Origin: Basidiobolus meristosporus CBS 931.73
Taxonomy: Eukaryota > Fungi > Basidiobolomycota
DNA length: 64,000 nucleotides
NCBI GenBank assembly: GCA_002104905.1
Contig: MCFE01000199.1
Span: forward strand, 70,284 to 134,283
Reading direction: 5' to 3'
The notes beneath the pieces are model-generated. The model was not told the DNA's origin. It saw nothing but the letters and a program-made list of their open reading frames with translations, and did not search any database. Numbering within the stretch: position 1 is the first letter of the stretch; each line of letters opens with the position of its first letter. Positions 38,458 to 50,400 of the stretch are shown here, one piece after another. The position numbers and the translations under genes were made by a program.

Positions 38458-40103
38458 ACAAAACATCCCTCCTTAAGAATTTTATTAACGTTATTAACCG
38501 CATCTTTGTCATCAACAATATCCCCACCGCTGGCACCCTCAACCCTTCCATCTTTTGCAAAGGTATCTTCCCCAATCTCAATCACATCTCCCATTCTCAA
38601 ACCTCCAAACTTGACCAATTAGAAGAAATTGCCATCACCCTCTCTACTCATGCCCTCTCTTACCTTAAATCCTCCTCTCGCATATCTGTCAACAAAAAAC
38701 TTATCCCCATTAAAGTCAAATATTCCCCCTGCTCCAGTTACTATTTCTCCACCACTAACTCCTTTGCCACCAAACTTAAATCCTCCCTCTCCAAAACTTT
38801 TATCTCTGATGATAATATTACTTTCAAATCCGACAAAATTACCACCAAAATTACCTCTAACAGCCTCTCCCAAATTAGTGATCACATCATCTCCTTAGAT
38901 GAACAAATCAATAAACAACTCAAATCCCTCTTCCTTAGCAGCCTCCGTCATCTCTCCTCCTACAAAAACATCTTCCGCCCCATCAAAACCTTTGTTGTCA
39001 AATTTGACCTCATCAAATCTAACCACAAAGCCGCTTGCCTCTACAACTTTTGTTGCCCCGTCCTCAACCCCTCCCACAAAAGTTATTTTAAAGCCTCCAA
39101 TCTCCGCCACCCCATCATTTAACGTCTCCAAACTAACCTAGAATATGTCCCCAACAATATCACCATCAGTACCAACAACCACAACGGTATCATCTTTTAC
39201 TCCATGAACTCCTGCGGCAAAACCAGCCTCCTCAAAGCATGCGGCCTCTCCATCATCCTTGCACAAATGGGCTCCTTTGTCCCCGCCTCCTCTTTTGAAT
39301 TCTCTCCCTACAAATCTCTTATGACTTGCATCCTCAGCAAAGATAATTTCCTCAAAGGCCAATCATCTTTTGTCGCCAAAATGTCTGACCTTAGAAACAT
39401 CCTCAAACGTGCCAATCCCTACACTTTAGTTCTTGCCAACAAAATTACCCACGGCACTGAACACATTTCCGGCTCCACCATTTTTGCCTCCAGCGTCATG
39501 ACCCTGGCCAAACAAAATATTAGTTTCATGTTCATCACCCACCTTCACAACATCTACAAATTTATCAAAGATATCCCCAACGTTAAAGTTTTTCATCTCT
39601 CCGTTAAATTCCAACATATTAATTCTAAAAACGTTATTATCTTCAAATGCAAAATTAAAGAAGGCCCCTGTGACTCCATTTATGGCCTCAAAGTCTGCAA
39701 ATTCCTTAACATGGACTCTGACTTCCTCCAAAAAGCTTTCCAAATCCGTTCCAACATTCTGTCCTGTGAAGATAAAACTTGTCCCACTTTTGCCAATGGT
39801 CTCCTAAACCAATACACCAAATCTAGCCGTTACAACAAAGATAAACTCGTCTACAAGTGTCAAGTCTGCAACTACGTCTCTACTCAACATACCAACATTC
39901 CCATTGATGTCCACCACATCCAACATCAACAGTCCTCTGACCCAAATGGCATCATCAACCACCGCCATAAAAATTCCAAATCTAATCTTGTTGCTCTTTG
40001 AAAAAATTGTCACATTAAAACTCACCAAAATAAACTACAAATTAACGGCTATGCCAGCACCACCAAAGGTCTTATCCTAGACTTTAAACAAGAACCAATC
40101 TGA
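38458..40103 (+). pseudogene. mutS7: 5'-truncated MutS ATPase with C-terminal HNH nuclease (MutS7 / giant-virus type); one reading frame with two premature stops (39120, 39999)
   Basis: LRHPII*RLQ..YVPNN; Walker A NSCGKTSLLK; IILAQMGSFVPA; DNFLKGQSSF; Walker B LVLANK (from DE); FITHLH; SIYGLKVC; HNH CQVC..DVHHI..NSKSNLVAL*KNCHIKTH; true stop at 40101-40103. Confidence 0.88.
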
Positions 40104-40139
40104 CTTAACTCCTTTCCTTATCTCTCCCCTCTTTTTAAA

Positions 40140-40340
40140 AAACACACCTTCTATAACCCACATCCTGCCACCCTTTTATTTTACAAACATCAAACGCTCA
40201 ACTAGAATTATTATCTTTCCCTATTACCCTTAAAAAAAACAGCACACACATTCTATAACCCAACTCCAGCCACCCTTTTTATTTTACAAACATCAAACGC
40301 TCAACTCAAATTATTATCTTTCCCTATAACCCTTTTACAA
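40140..40340 (+). repeat. Two-copy tandem direct repeat (period ~102 bp) downstream of the MutS7 stop
   Basis: TTCTATAACC starts at 40149 and 40251; both units share CCACCCTTTT..ATTTTACAAACATCAAACGCTCAACT..AATTATTATCTTTCCCTAT. Confidence 0.85.
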
Positions 40341-42859
40341 AAAAATACAAATTTTTTCATATGCACAAAAACCCAGACTCTGAGTCAATTAGGCATTGAT
40401 AATTGCTGCAGAGCTGCATGCTGACCAAAATGCAAAGGCAGATGCAGTTGTAGCAAACACAGCACCTTCAGCTAAAGACCAGCAAGTGGCCATGATGACA
40501 TCACCACCATTCCTATCAGCAGGTATGTTGCCAGCTCAAACCAAAGCATTAAAGAGGCAATTCAGGTGCAGTGTTTGATAGTATAGATGCAATAGCCAAG
40601 AGAAATCAGGAAATAGTCCAGAGACAGGATGAGTGGATAATAAGTGTATAGCAATCAATATTGCAGTCAGAGAAAGCAGTGTCTTTGCTGCAAAGAAGGA
40701 ACTCAAGTAGCTCAAAGTTGCAGCCAAGAATTGAGCCATTCCCTTGTGAATCAGAAGAGGAACACCGTACAGTCTTTGAAGTACAATAACAGTGCCTTAG
40801 GCTAATGTCATAGAAAGGTCATCACAGTATGGGAGGTATAAAACGCAGTGTTTTATACCAAAGCCTAAAAATCAAAAAGCATTGAAGATCTATGAAGCTG
40901 TTAGATGCAATTATAAAGAGGGGGCTAATATTCATGAGGCCTTTCAAAGTCTAGCATGCTAACACCTTAAGGCTGGCATACCATAGGACCATCAAGAACT
41001 TATGGCCAAGCATTGATTTGCTGCGGGAAAACAGATTTTGGGCCACCATTGGTATGCTAAGAATGTATCTCAAGAATAGCCAAAACTATTAAAGGCAGAA
41101 TAACAAAGATGCAATGGCTAAAAACCAACAGCTTCCTCAAGAGCCCACTACAAGCAGGTCCAAAAGCTCAAAACAAGTGTCAGAGTGGCATCCAGTGGCT
41201 GGAAGAGTACCAATAAGGGAAAAGCAGGCAGAAACAGATGCACCAGCACAGCATTTATCAAGGAAAATGCATAGTTCTACTCAGGAGGCACTTGGTCAAA
41301 GTGGCAGTGAAGGACCCAGCAGTGATTAGAACCAGCAGCCACCTCAGAAGCCCATCACAGGATGGGCCAAGAGCTCAAAATAAGCAGGAAAGAAGCATCA
41401 GGTTGCCTGTAGAGTGCAAGCAAGGGACAAGCAGGCCAAAACAGGCACATCAGAGCACCATTTTTTTCAGAGAAAACTTGGTTCAATATAAGAAGTGTTC
41501 CAACAAAGTAGCAGTAAAAGACCCAGCAGGGATGGGGTGGAGGTAAAGATGAAAAAGTCATTGCAAGCCAGAGACAGGGAAGTGCGAGGAAAAAGCTGCA
41601 GCTCTTGCCAGCTGAAACCATAAGCTTGGAACAGACTATATCTCATCATAGCCAAGAATAATTACCAACAAGAAAACAGCTGTTTTCTCAAGAGTTCCAG
41701 GTGCAGCCAGTTTAGCAGCATTCCAGTGAGGTAAATGAGTTTGCAGAGAAGGCAATTTATCTATCATTGCCTCCACATCCTCTACTGTTGAAAGCGTGGA
41801 GATCCTACTAACAGACAAATAACAATATCAAGAACTCATAAGTTATCACATTGCCTTCAGTAAAATATCAGAACAGCAATAAGCACACCAAGAGATTGCA
41901 CAACTTCTTCAAGAGCAGTGCTCTAGAGAACACACTTCAATATTACAAGGACTTATTGCAACAACAGCACATGAGGTCCAGACCTTGCATTACTGGCAGA
42001 AAACCAGGATGTATGGGAACCAGTGAATGAACAGTGGCATAAAGCTATAGGGCTCCTGCCAAAGTCATGGAGACATAGTATTATAGCCAAAATACTTACT
42101 GAGTGCTGGATTATAAGGGAGTTACTGGTAGAGTGTGGGTTTGGGCTCAATGTTAATATAGAGTGTAGGGTCTTGTATAAGTCAATACAGTTGCCAATTG
42201 AGGCACAACTGAAGTTTCAACACAAATAAATCTATTTCTATGCATGAAAGTAAAAGAAACCGTTGAAGCAGGAAGTAAGGGGTGTGAGAAAGAGGCAATT
42301 GCAAATCAATGCACACAAATGTAGGAGCTAATAGAGTGTCCAGGAGCCAAAAGTGAAAGAACTGGCAGAGACCAATCAAAAGCCACTTATACATTGTTAT
42401 AATGAGAAATTTTGATCAAGTTTCATGTGAAATCTGGGGTGCAATTATTTTTTGACAGTCTTTCCACAGTGTCCAGATGGTATCAGTACCTCTTAGTCAT
42501 GGGACTTTAAGTTTGTGATGGCCTTTTGCCAGGATCATTGCAATAACTTTTAATAGGGCTGGAAGTAACCCTTACTTTATAGTTGTTTGCTACATTTACC
42601 ATGAAATATATTGGAAATATTTGAGATTGATTGATACTCTATGCTGTACTTTGTAGCTTTACTATATTGGTCAGACTGCACAAGCTGCTTTAGACAGTAA
42701 GTAACTGTAATATATTTAGGGTGTAAGCAATATATATATTATATAATAGATTTCTTCTGATGGTAGTGGATTCCTGACCAGTTGAACATCTTGTGTTGGA
42801 GGCATTGATGATGTGAACGCCATACAGCTGATAACATATGCTGGTAACAGGTAGGTCTC

Positions 42860-43640
42860 TGGGTTATATATTGCCAGCTACATGATGGTTTCTTACTTGT
42901 ACCAGGTACATGGTAAGAGGCATCCCAAAATGCTCTTAGCAACAAATAGTAATAAATCCTCAAAGCACCCTTTACTGATATTGGTGGAAGTACAACACTT
43001 CTCTAGCCACAGCATTACATTGTTCACCAGTACATGTATTTGTTGAAATATTGGACTATTTGGTATCATTCAGCAGCTAAAAATTTACTTAACAATTCTA
43101 GGCTAGTCTTAGTCACTGTAGGACTCATTTACTGCCTTAACTTTGCCACTTTCTCCAGATATATGATCTTATGATTATTCCCCTATAGTCAGGATCAAAT
43201 TAGCACTATTACCAAACATTATGTACTAACCCTGAAACTGTTACAGAATGCTCCTGAATATTGAGAAACCCTCCCTACTTAGTGTTGCAGCTGTATTACT
43301 TCTACAAAGGTATAAATACTGAGCTTCTTTATGAATAAACAACAGTTCAACTATTATCACTATTTCTTTATAAGTTCCTTATATCCAAATCACTTCTTAA
43401 ATTGCAACAGTATTACTGCAATCACCTGGCTTCATAGAGTATTGCTGGCATTTTTTCCTCAGGTGTTGTATCATTGCACATTGGGATTGTGCTGGCCTCA
43501 TGCAGGGCACTGTTGGGGGGGATCTTGAGATCTATTGCCCTGCAGGCCATATTCAGATGGCTGAGGTGAGCCTAAATGCATTACACACATACCTGAATCA
43601 GTTGATGCAAGGTGATAAGTATAGCTAGGTGCTGCTATAA
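42860..43640 (-). pseudogene. CACTA/CMC-like transposase N-terminal fragment interrupted by a Copia solo LTR
   Basis: Degenerate match to 18040-18460. Confidence 0.6.
43041..43409 (+). mobile_element. Copia family A solo LTR (369 bp) with 5-bp TSD GTATT
   Basis: TGTTG...CAACA; GTATT at 43036-43040 and 43410-43414. Confidence 0.93.
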
Positions 43641-43647
43641 AAGTAAT

Positions 43648-44130
43648 CCCTATGAGAAATAATTGTGATGATCCCATCCATAGGCCATTGAAGATTTACA
43701 GTCCCATGATCAACAGGTGCTAATCTGGTCAGGACACCATGCAAAGACCACCAGAAAGTAATTGCACCCCAGATATCACAAATAACTTGGTCAAATTTTT
43801 AATCACATCAATGAATATGTGGTTCTTGTTTGGTTCTCTGCCAATTTTGGCACTTTCTGATCCCAGACACTCTATCACCTGCTGTATTTGTGTGTATTGA
43901 TTGGCTATTGCCTTCATTTCACACCCCTTACTTCCTGACTCAATTGTTTCTCTTACATTTCATGCATAGAAGTTGATGCATTTCTGTTCAAGCTTCCGTT
44001 ATACCTCAATTGCCAACTGTATTGACCTATAAAACTCCCTATACCCTATACTAGCACTAAGCCTAACCTCATACTCAACAATTAACCCCATTAAAATCCA
44101 CAACTCAATAAGTATTGCTGCCACAAAACT
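43648..44130 (+). mobile_element. CACTA/CMC-like copy 5, ORF2-side terminal fragment
   Basis: Starts CCCTATGAGAAATAATTG; reverse-complement match to ~20620-21109. Confidence 0.7.
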
Positions 44131-44214
44131 CTGGTTCAAAAGTTGGCTTCCTTGAACTGTCCGGACCTGGTTGCCTTGGGTTGCTTCAATTGGATGCTTT
44201 CTTATTCTAATGTG

Positions 44215-44583
44215 TGTTGCAATTTAAGAAGTGATTTGGATATAAGGAACTTATAAAGAAATAGTGATAATAGTTGAACTGTTGTTTATTCATAAAGAAG
44301 CTCAGTATTTATACCTTTGTAGAAGTAATACAGCTGCAACACTAAGTAGGGAGGGTTTCTCAATATTCAGGAGCATTCTGTAACAGTTTCAGGGTTAGTA
44401 CATAATGTTTGGTAATAGTGCTAATTTGATCCTGACTATAGGGGAATAATCATAAGATCATATATCTGGAGAAAGTGGCAAAGTTAAGGCAGTAAATGAG
44501 TCCTACAGTGACTAAGACTAGCCTAGAATTGTTAAGTAAATTTTTAGCTGCTGAATGATACCAAATAGTCCAATATTTCAACA
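44215..44583 (-). mobile_element. Copia family A solo LTR without a TSD
   Basis: Reverse complement of 43041-43409; flanks ATGTG and GAAAG differ. Confidence 0.9.
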
Positions 44584-46090
44584 GAAAGTTTCTCTAGTTG
44601 CTGTGTCAGCTCCTGAATTTGAGTGTTTTGCTTACTGGGATTAAGTAAGTCTTGGCTATCTTGGCTTTGTGCCAAGCTTGAAAAAAGCTTTCTGATTGGT
44701 GAGGTTTCTTCAGGGGCAAGTAGAATCTGCTAGCTAACTGAGATGCAGGCAGTGAGCTCATAGCTTTCACAGTAGGATTATTTTCAATCCTTCTCACCAA
44801 GTCTTGTGATAGAGCTCTGATAAGATAGGCAGATACAGTGAGATCAGTGATAACTCCTTGGGCTTTCAGTGACTCTCCAATTTGCTCAAGGCCAATCAGG
44901 TATTCTTTCAATGGTAGCAGCTTAAACTTACTATAAACAAAGTTCTCCAAATCTTTAAGTGTGTAGTCAACTTGTTTCTCTCCATATTCATCAATCAAGT
45001 AGCTCTTCAAGAGGGTCCAATTTGTCAGCAGATCATTTCTTTCATTTAATGAGAGCATGATCTCATCTGTGCTGTAAGGGGGCATATCTTCAGCCATAAT
45101 GGCCTTGGGTATTTTGTGGGCTCTGCAGAATAGCTCCCAACTCTGGATGAAAGCTTTAACTTCAGTTCCATCAAAGAAAGGAGTTCCTTGAATTCCTGGT
45201 AAAGGTAGTTCTATGGTCTCGATAATTTGTTCATTCTTAAGTCTTTCAGGGGCAGTTCAGTCAAACCCCCCACATCAGGTGCCAAATGTGTGGTGGTGTA
45301 GAGGTACTCCTGGGAGAAGCTACACAACTCAAGGTGTGTGAGATGTCTGATGGGTGCAATAACCTCTGGGTCTAAACTGCTGATGTCTTTGTCAATATGT
45401 CACTATTGTAAAAGCTCCTACTTCTCTAGCTCCCTAGGAGCTCCAATTGTCTCCAAAGGCCTCTGTGTGTCTGGTGCACCACTCTGAAAAGCTCCTGGAT
45501 GGCAGGTCTGAGATGTACTGTTGAAGGCAGGTAAAGTGATCAAATTCTAATCAATAAGGGAGAAGTATTACTGATAGAAGGGATGATTTATTGATGGGGG
45601 ATTGCCTTCCCTTAAATACTTTTCCTGATTGCCAAGTGATTACCAATGAAAAGGTTATAGAAGATTCCAAGCATCAGTGGAATTCCTGATGACATCACTA
45701 TGAGCTAAAAATATGCAAAGAATCTTCTGGAAGGTTCTAAAAGGCACAGCACATCCAACCAATCAGGGATCAGTAGTCTTAAACCTGTGCAATATAGATA
45801 CCATAAATGGTATTTCAATGGCAGGGATGGTAATACAGACTTAGGTCATGTGTCATGGGTACTAACAGGTGAATTTGCGTAATGTATATACATAAATAGA
45901 TCACAAAGCTTTATAACATCTGGGATAACTAATATTATTAACTAATCAGAGTAAACAGCATATGGGGAAAATACTAATAATACTGGCAAAGGAAGAATGA
46001 GATAATATTGATAAGATAAAATATGGACAAGTACATCATAATAGCTATGTGAATACACTAGTCTGTGGGAGGTGTATTTACCGTACCACA
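44584..46090 (-). mobile_element. gag: Gypsy family D (related to A): 5' LTR 45289-46090, PBS and truncated gag
   Basis: LTR TGTGGTGGTGTA...CGTACCACA; PBS TGGCACCTGATGTGGGGGG; gag MAEDMPPYSTDEIMLSL..WTLLKSYLIDEYG is homologous to family A. Confidence 0.8.
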
Positions 46091-47454
46091 ATGCCTTTAG
46101 GCTCACCCCAGCCTGCTGAATATGGCATGCAGAGTGATAGCTCTGAAGAAGCAGGCTCTGTGATGGATTGTGAGTCTATCTTGCTGAAAACAGTACCCTG
46201 CATGAGCCTGGCAAGATCCCATCATGCAATGAGAAAATACCCACAGAAAAAAATGCCTGGAATACTTTGTGAATTTAAGTAAGCCCGGTAATCCATCTAC
46301 TGGTGATTGATGTGATGATGTGGCTAGAGAGGTGGTGCATTTCTATTAATATCAGTGATGAAGGCTTTGAGGATTTACTACCACCACCTGCTAAAATCAT
46401 CCCAGAATGCAACTTGCCGTTTACATGGTATAAATGGAAAATCATCATGCAGCTGGCAACACATGACCCTGAGACTGTCCCAATAACAGCATGTGTCATC
46501 AGCTGCATGGCATTCAAATTGGAAAATGCCACCATTGTAAGGTGTCCAACTTGTCAGAAGTCCACCACCATTGGGAGAAAACATTGTTCACACTCCAGAT
46601 ATAATCCTGTGACACCACATCTAAAGAAGCTTATGCAGTCCAACAAATATTGTGAAGTTAAGAGTAGCAAACTCAGTATCAGTCAAGTGCAAGTATATCC
46701 AATATATTTGATGACAAACATGAGCAACAGCTAAGACGCAAGGGCTACTTTGAAGGTATGCAAGACCATGTCTTTACTTTGACATTTGGTGAATACTCAT
46801 TAAAATATAATCTACCAGCAGATCCTCCTGGCCACTGGTTATCTTCATCCTGAATCTGCAGCATATCTCACAGTATCAGAGCATAAATCTGATGGTAGTC
46901 TCACTGGTACCTGGGCCAAAATCACAACTCAAGCTGGATAGCTACCTGTATCCATTGCTGGATGAGTTTTGTAAGCTTTCCAGCAGGATAATAGCTATTG
47001 GCTGTCACGTAGAAGCACATATTATTCTATGCATTAGATATACATCATCATCAACAAGGTAGCCAGCTTTTCTTGGCACAATGGATGGTGTTACTGTCAA
47101 ATGTGTGAGATCCAAGGGACATACTCTCTAACTCACACATATTACTATCACCCAAACACTAACACTAAAAACACCGGCCTCCCATAGAGAGAACATACAG
47201 AAGTCAGCATGCAGTTACCGCAGAGTTTGCAAGTTAAAAGCCATTGGCTGGAATGTTAAATTAATTGGAAACCAGTGGCACTTAAGACAGACTGCATTTG
47301 TGGGAGCAAAAGCTTTCCACCGGGAGTTATGCATTTGCATTTCAGCAATATCCCTATACTGATGATCAAGTTGTACATGGGATATTTCAAGCTCAATGAG
47401 CTCTTTGAGATACCAGAGAAATCTGAAAGATTTGGAGAGTTATTACAGAGTATC

Positions 47455-50400
47455 TGTTGCAATTTAAGAAGTGATTTGGATATAAGGCACATATCAAGAA
47501 ATAATGATAATAGTTGAGCTGTTGTTTATTGATAAAGAAGCTCTGTATTTATACCTTTGTAGAAGTATTACAGCTGTAACACTAAGTAAGGAGAGTTTCT
47601 CAATATTCAGAAGCATTCTGTAACAGTTTCAGGGCTAGTACATAATGTTCAGTAGTAGTGCCAATCTGATCCTGACCTTAGGAGAATAATCATAGGATCA
47701 TAGATCTGAAGAAAGTGGTGAAGTTAGAGCTGTAAGTTAGTCCCACAGTGACCAAGATTAGTCCAGAGTTGTGAAGTAAACTTTTAGCTACTGAATGATA
47801 CCAGATAGTCCAAGATTTCAGCACTACCCCTCAACTAAATATTTTCTTAATCCTAATTCCTCCATGTGATTCTCAAATTGTGGCCTAGCTAGTGGTTTTG
47901 TCAATATACCTGCCACTCTTTTGTTAGTTGGGCAGTACACTAACTCTACTAAGTTATTTTCTACAGCTTCCCTTGCAAAGTGATGCTGTATATCAATGTG
48001 CTTAGTTCTGGCATGATAAGTAGGATTTCTAGCTAACAAAATACAACTTTAATTAACCTTATAAATACATGTTGGTTCATCTGAATAAAAACTTAAGTCT
48101 TTGAATAATTCTTGAAGCCATATATCCTCCTAAGTTGCTTGACATCCAGCCATATATTCTGCTTCAGTTGTAGATAGGGCCACAGTTGGTTGTTCCATGC
48201 AATTCCAAGTAATAGCTGCACCAGCATAGAGAAACACATATCCTGTGGTAGAGTGTCTGTCAATCAAATCCCTACCCCAATCTGAATCACTATAACCATC
48301 AGGTTTTTGCCTATAAGCTGTGCCAGAGTAATCCAGTACCATATTTATGGTACCTTGTAGATATCTAAAAATCCTCTTAACTGCTGCAATTTGATCCAAT
48401 CCATAATTCTGCATGAGTTGACTGACTATTTCAACTGCCACTGCAATATGTGGACTTGTAGACAGCATCAAGTACATTAGGCTACCAACCATTGATTGAT
48501 AGGGAAGGTCTTGGGCCATACTTGAGCCATTTACATCTGTTACTGGCTGAGATTTGTTTAATTTCAGGTTATTGTCCATAGGGGTAGCTGCAGGTTTGCA
48601 ATTTCTCACTTCAAAGCATTTAAGAATGTCTCTGATGTACTTAGATTGATTCAGCTCAGCTTTCTGTGTAGGCTTGTCAAATTTGACTTCAATTCCAAGA
48701 GAATAGCTCAATTTTCTAAGATCTTTCATCTCAAACTTGCTGAAGAGATCTGATTTCATCTGTTTAAGTGCCTCTTGGTCACTTGTGGCTATAATTAGCT
48801 TGTCCACATAAAGAACTAGGAGGCTCACAACCTTTTTGGGCCGTTTCACATATATACAGTGATCTGCAGTGCCACAAGAGAACCCAATTTCCTCTAGATA
48901 TGTGTCAAGCTTCTTATACCATGCTCTAGATGCCTGCTTAAGCCCATACAGCAATATTCTAAGCTTGCACACCTTATGGAGGTCTTTTGGATCAGTAAAC
49001 CTTCTGGTTGCTCCGTATATATAGTTTCTAGCAAATCCCCATTTAGAAAGGCTATTTTGACGTCCATTTGGGGTAGATCTAGACTGTGCACAGCTGTCAG
49101 GGCTAGAACTGTCCTAATGGAGTTAAACTTGGCAACTGGAGCAAATGTTTCTTTAAAGTCTAGTCCCCAGATCTGGGAATAGCCTTAAGCCATCTTTATG
49201 GCCTTGCACCTATCAACTGCACCATTTGAGATTATTTTGATCTTGTAGACCCATCTTCATCCTATTGGCTTTCTCCTATTTAGTAAATCTACCAGTTCCA
49301 ACATTTTTGCCTTGATCAGGGATTGGTACTCCTCCTGCATGGCTTGTTGCCTTAAAGTATCATCTGGACTTTGCATTGCCTGTTCTAGATTCTGAAGTTT
49401 GGCACATAAAGCAAGATGATCTTCTTCGTGATCATTGGATGTCTGCCACCAGAATCCAGGGGCATTTCTTATTCTTGTGGATCTCCTAAATGGGATAATC
49501 TGCTCTGATCTGGAACTGGTAGAATTATCATCCGTATGTGGGTGAATTAGGTACATATCTTCTTTATTAGTGTTTATTGCACCATGAGGTAGCTGGCCAA
49601 TGATTTCAGTGGCTTTGATATTTGAATTCTCCTCAAATAGAATTTCCCTGCTATTGATCAGCTTCTGAATTTCCCCATTGTATACTCTATACCCTTTAGT
49701 ATCTTCACAATACCCAAGAAAGATCCCTTTCCTACTCTTTGGTTCCAACTTTGAGTGTTTTTTGTCAGGGATGTGATAAAACACATCACTGCCAAAGGTC
49801 TTGAGGTGCTGGAGTTCTGGTTTTTTGCCTGTAAAAGCTTCAAAAGGTGAAGAACCACGTAGTGCTGTTATTGGGCATCTTTCTTGACATACACTGTGGT
49901 AGCAACAGATTCAGCCCAAAGCTAATAGCCTATTCCCTCACCATGTAGCATAGATGTTCCCATCTCCACTATTGTTCTATTTGCATGTTCTGCTACTTCA
50001 TTTTGCTGTGGAGTATGAGGAACTGTGGTCTGTTGAAGTATACCAGTGGACAAGCTGTATTTTGCAAACTCCTTTAAGCAGACAGTGTTATCATGAGGCT
50101 ACATATGTCTGAGTATACAATAGCCAATATTTTGGTGGTATTAATGTCTTCTGAGCTCTTGAAACTTTGACTAGCTTTTTTGCCATATGAATATCCCTTA
50201 CAAACATTCAATTTGATTGGAATTGAGTTTTTTAGGCCCAAGACAAGCTGATTTTCACCATTTGGCTCATTTTCTATTCCCCAATGTGTCCTAGCCTCCT
50301 ATGCCATGTCTCCCAGTTGGTTTCATCAGTTTCAGCATTGTTCACATACTCATTCACAATGATCTTGCATTGTAACTTGCATATATTGTGATCTCTGATT

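Larger units (their letters stand above)
36510..42558 (-). mobile_element. CACTA/CMC-like copy 4: transposase remnant on - (36510-38240), ORF2 remnant on + (38430-42230), ORF2-side terminus at 42558; carries the MutS7 island
   Basis: Colinear with copy 2; ends AATAACTTTTAATAGGG. Confidence 0.8.

Noticed and set aside
39204-40001. Reading the ORF as a host MSH gene or bacterial MutS2
   Set aside because: The C-terminal domain is HNH-like rather than Smr, there are no introns, and the composition is foreign to the window.
38436-40028. Several ORFs on the minus strand and in alternative frames over the MutS7 island
   Set aside because: Shadow ORFs caused by the skewed composition; low-complexity translations without motifs.
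42730-42746. Short TA-rich run
   Set aside because: Too short and imperfect to be informative.
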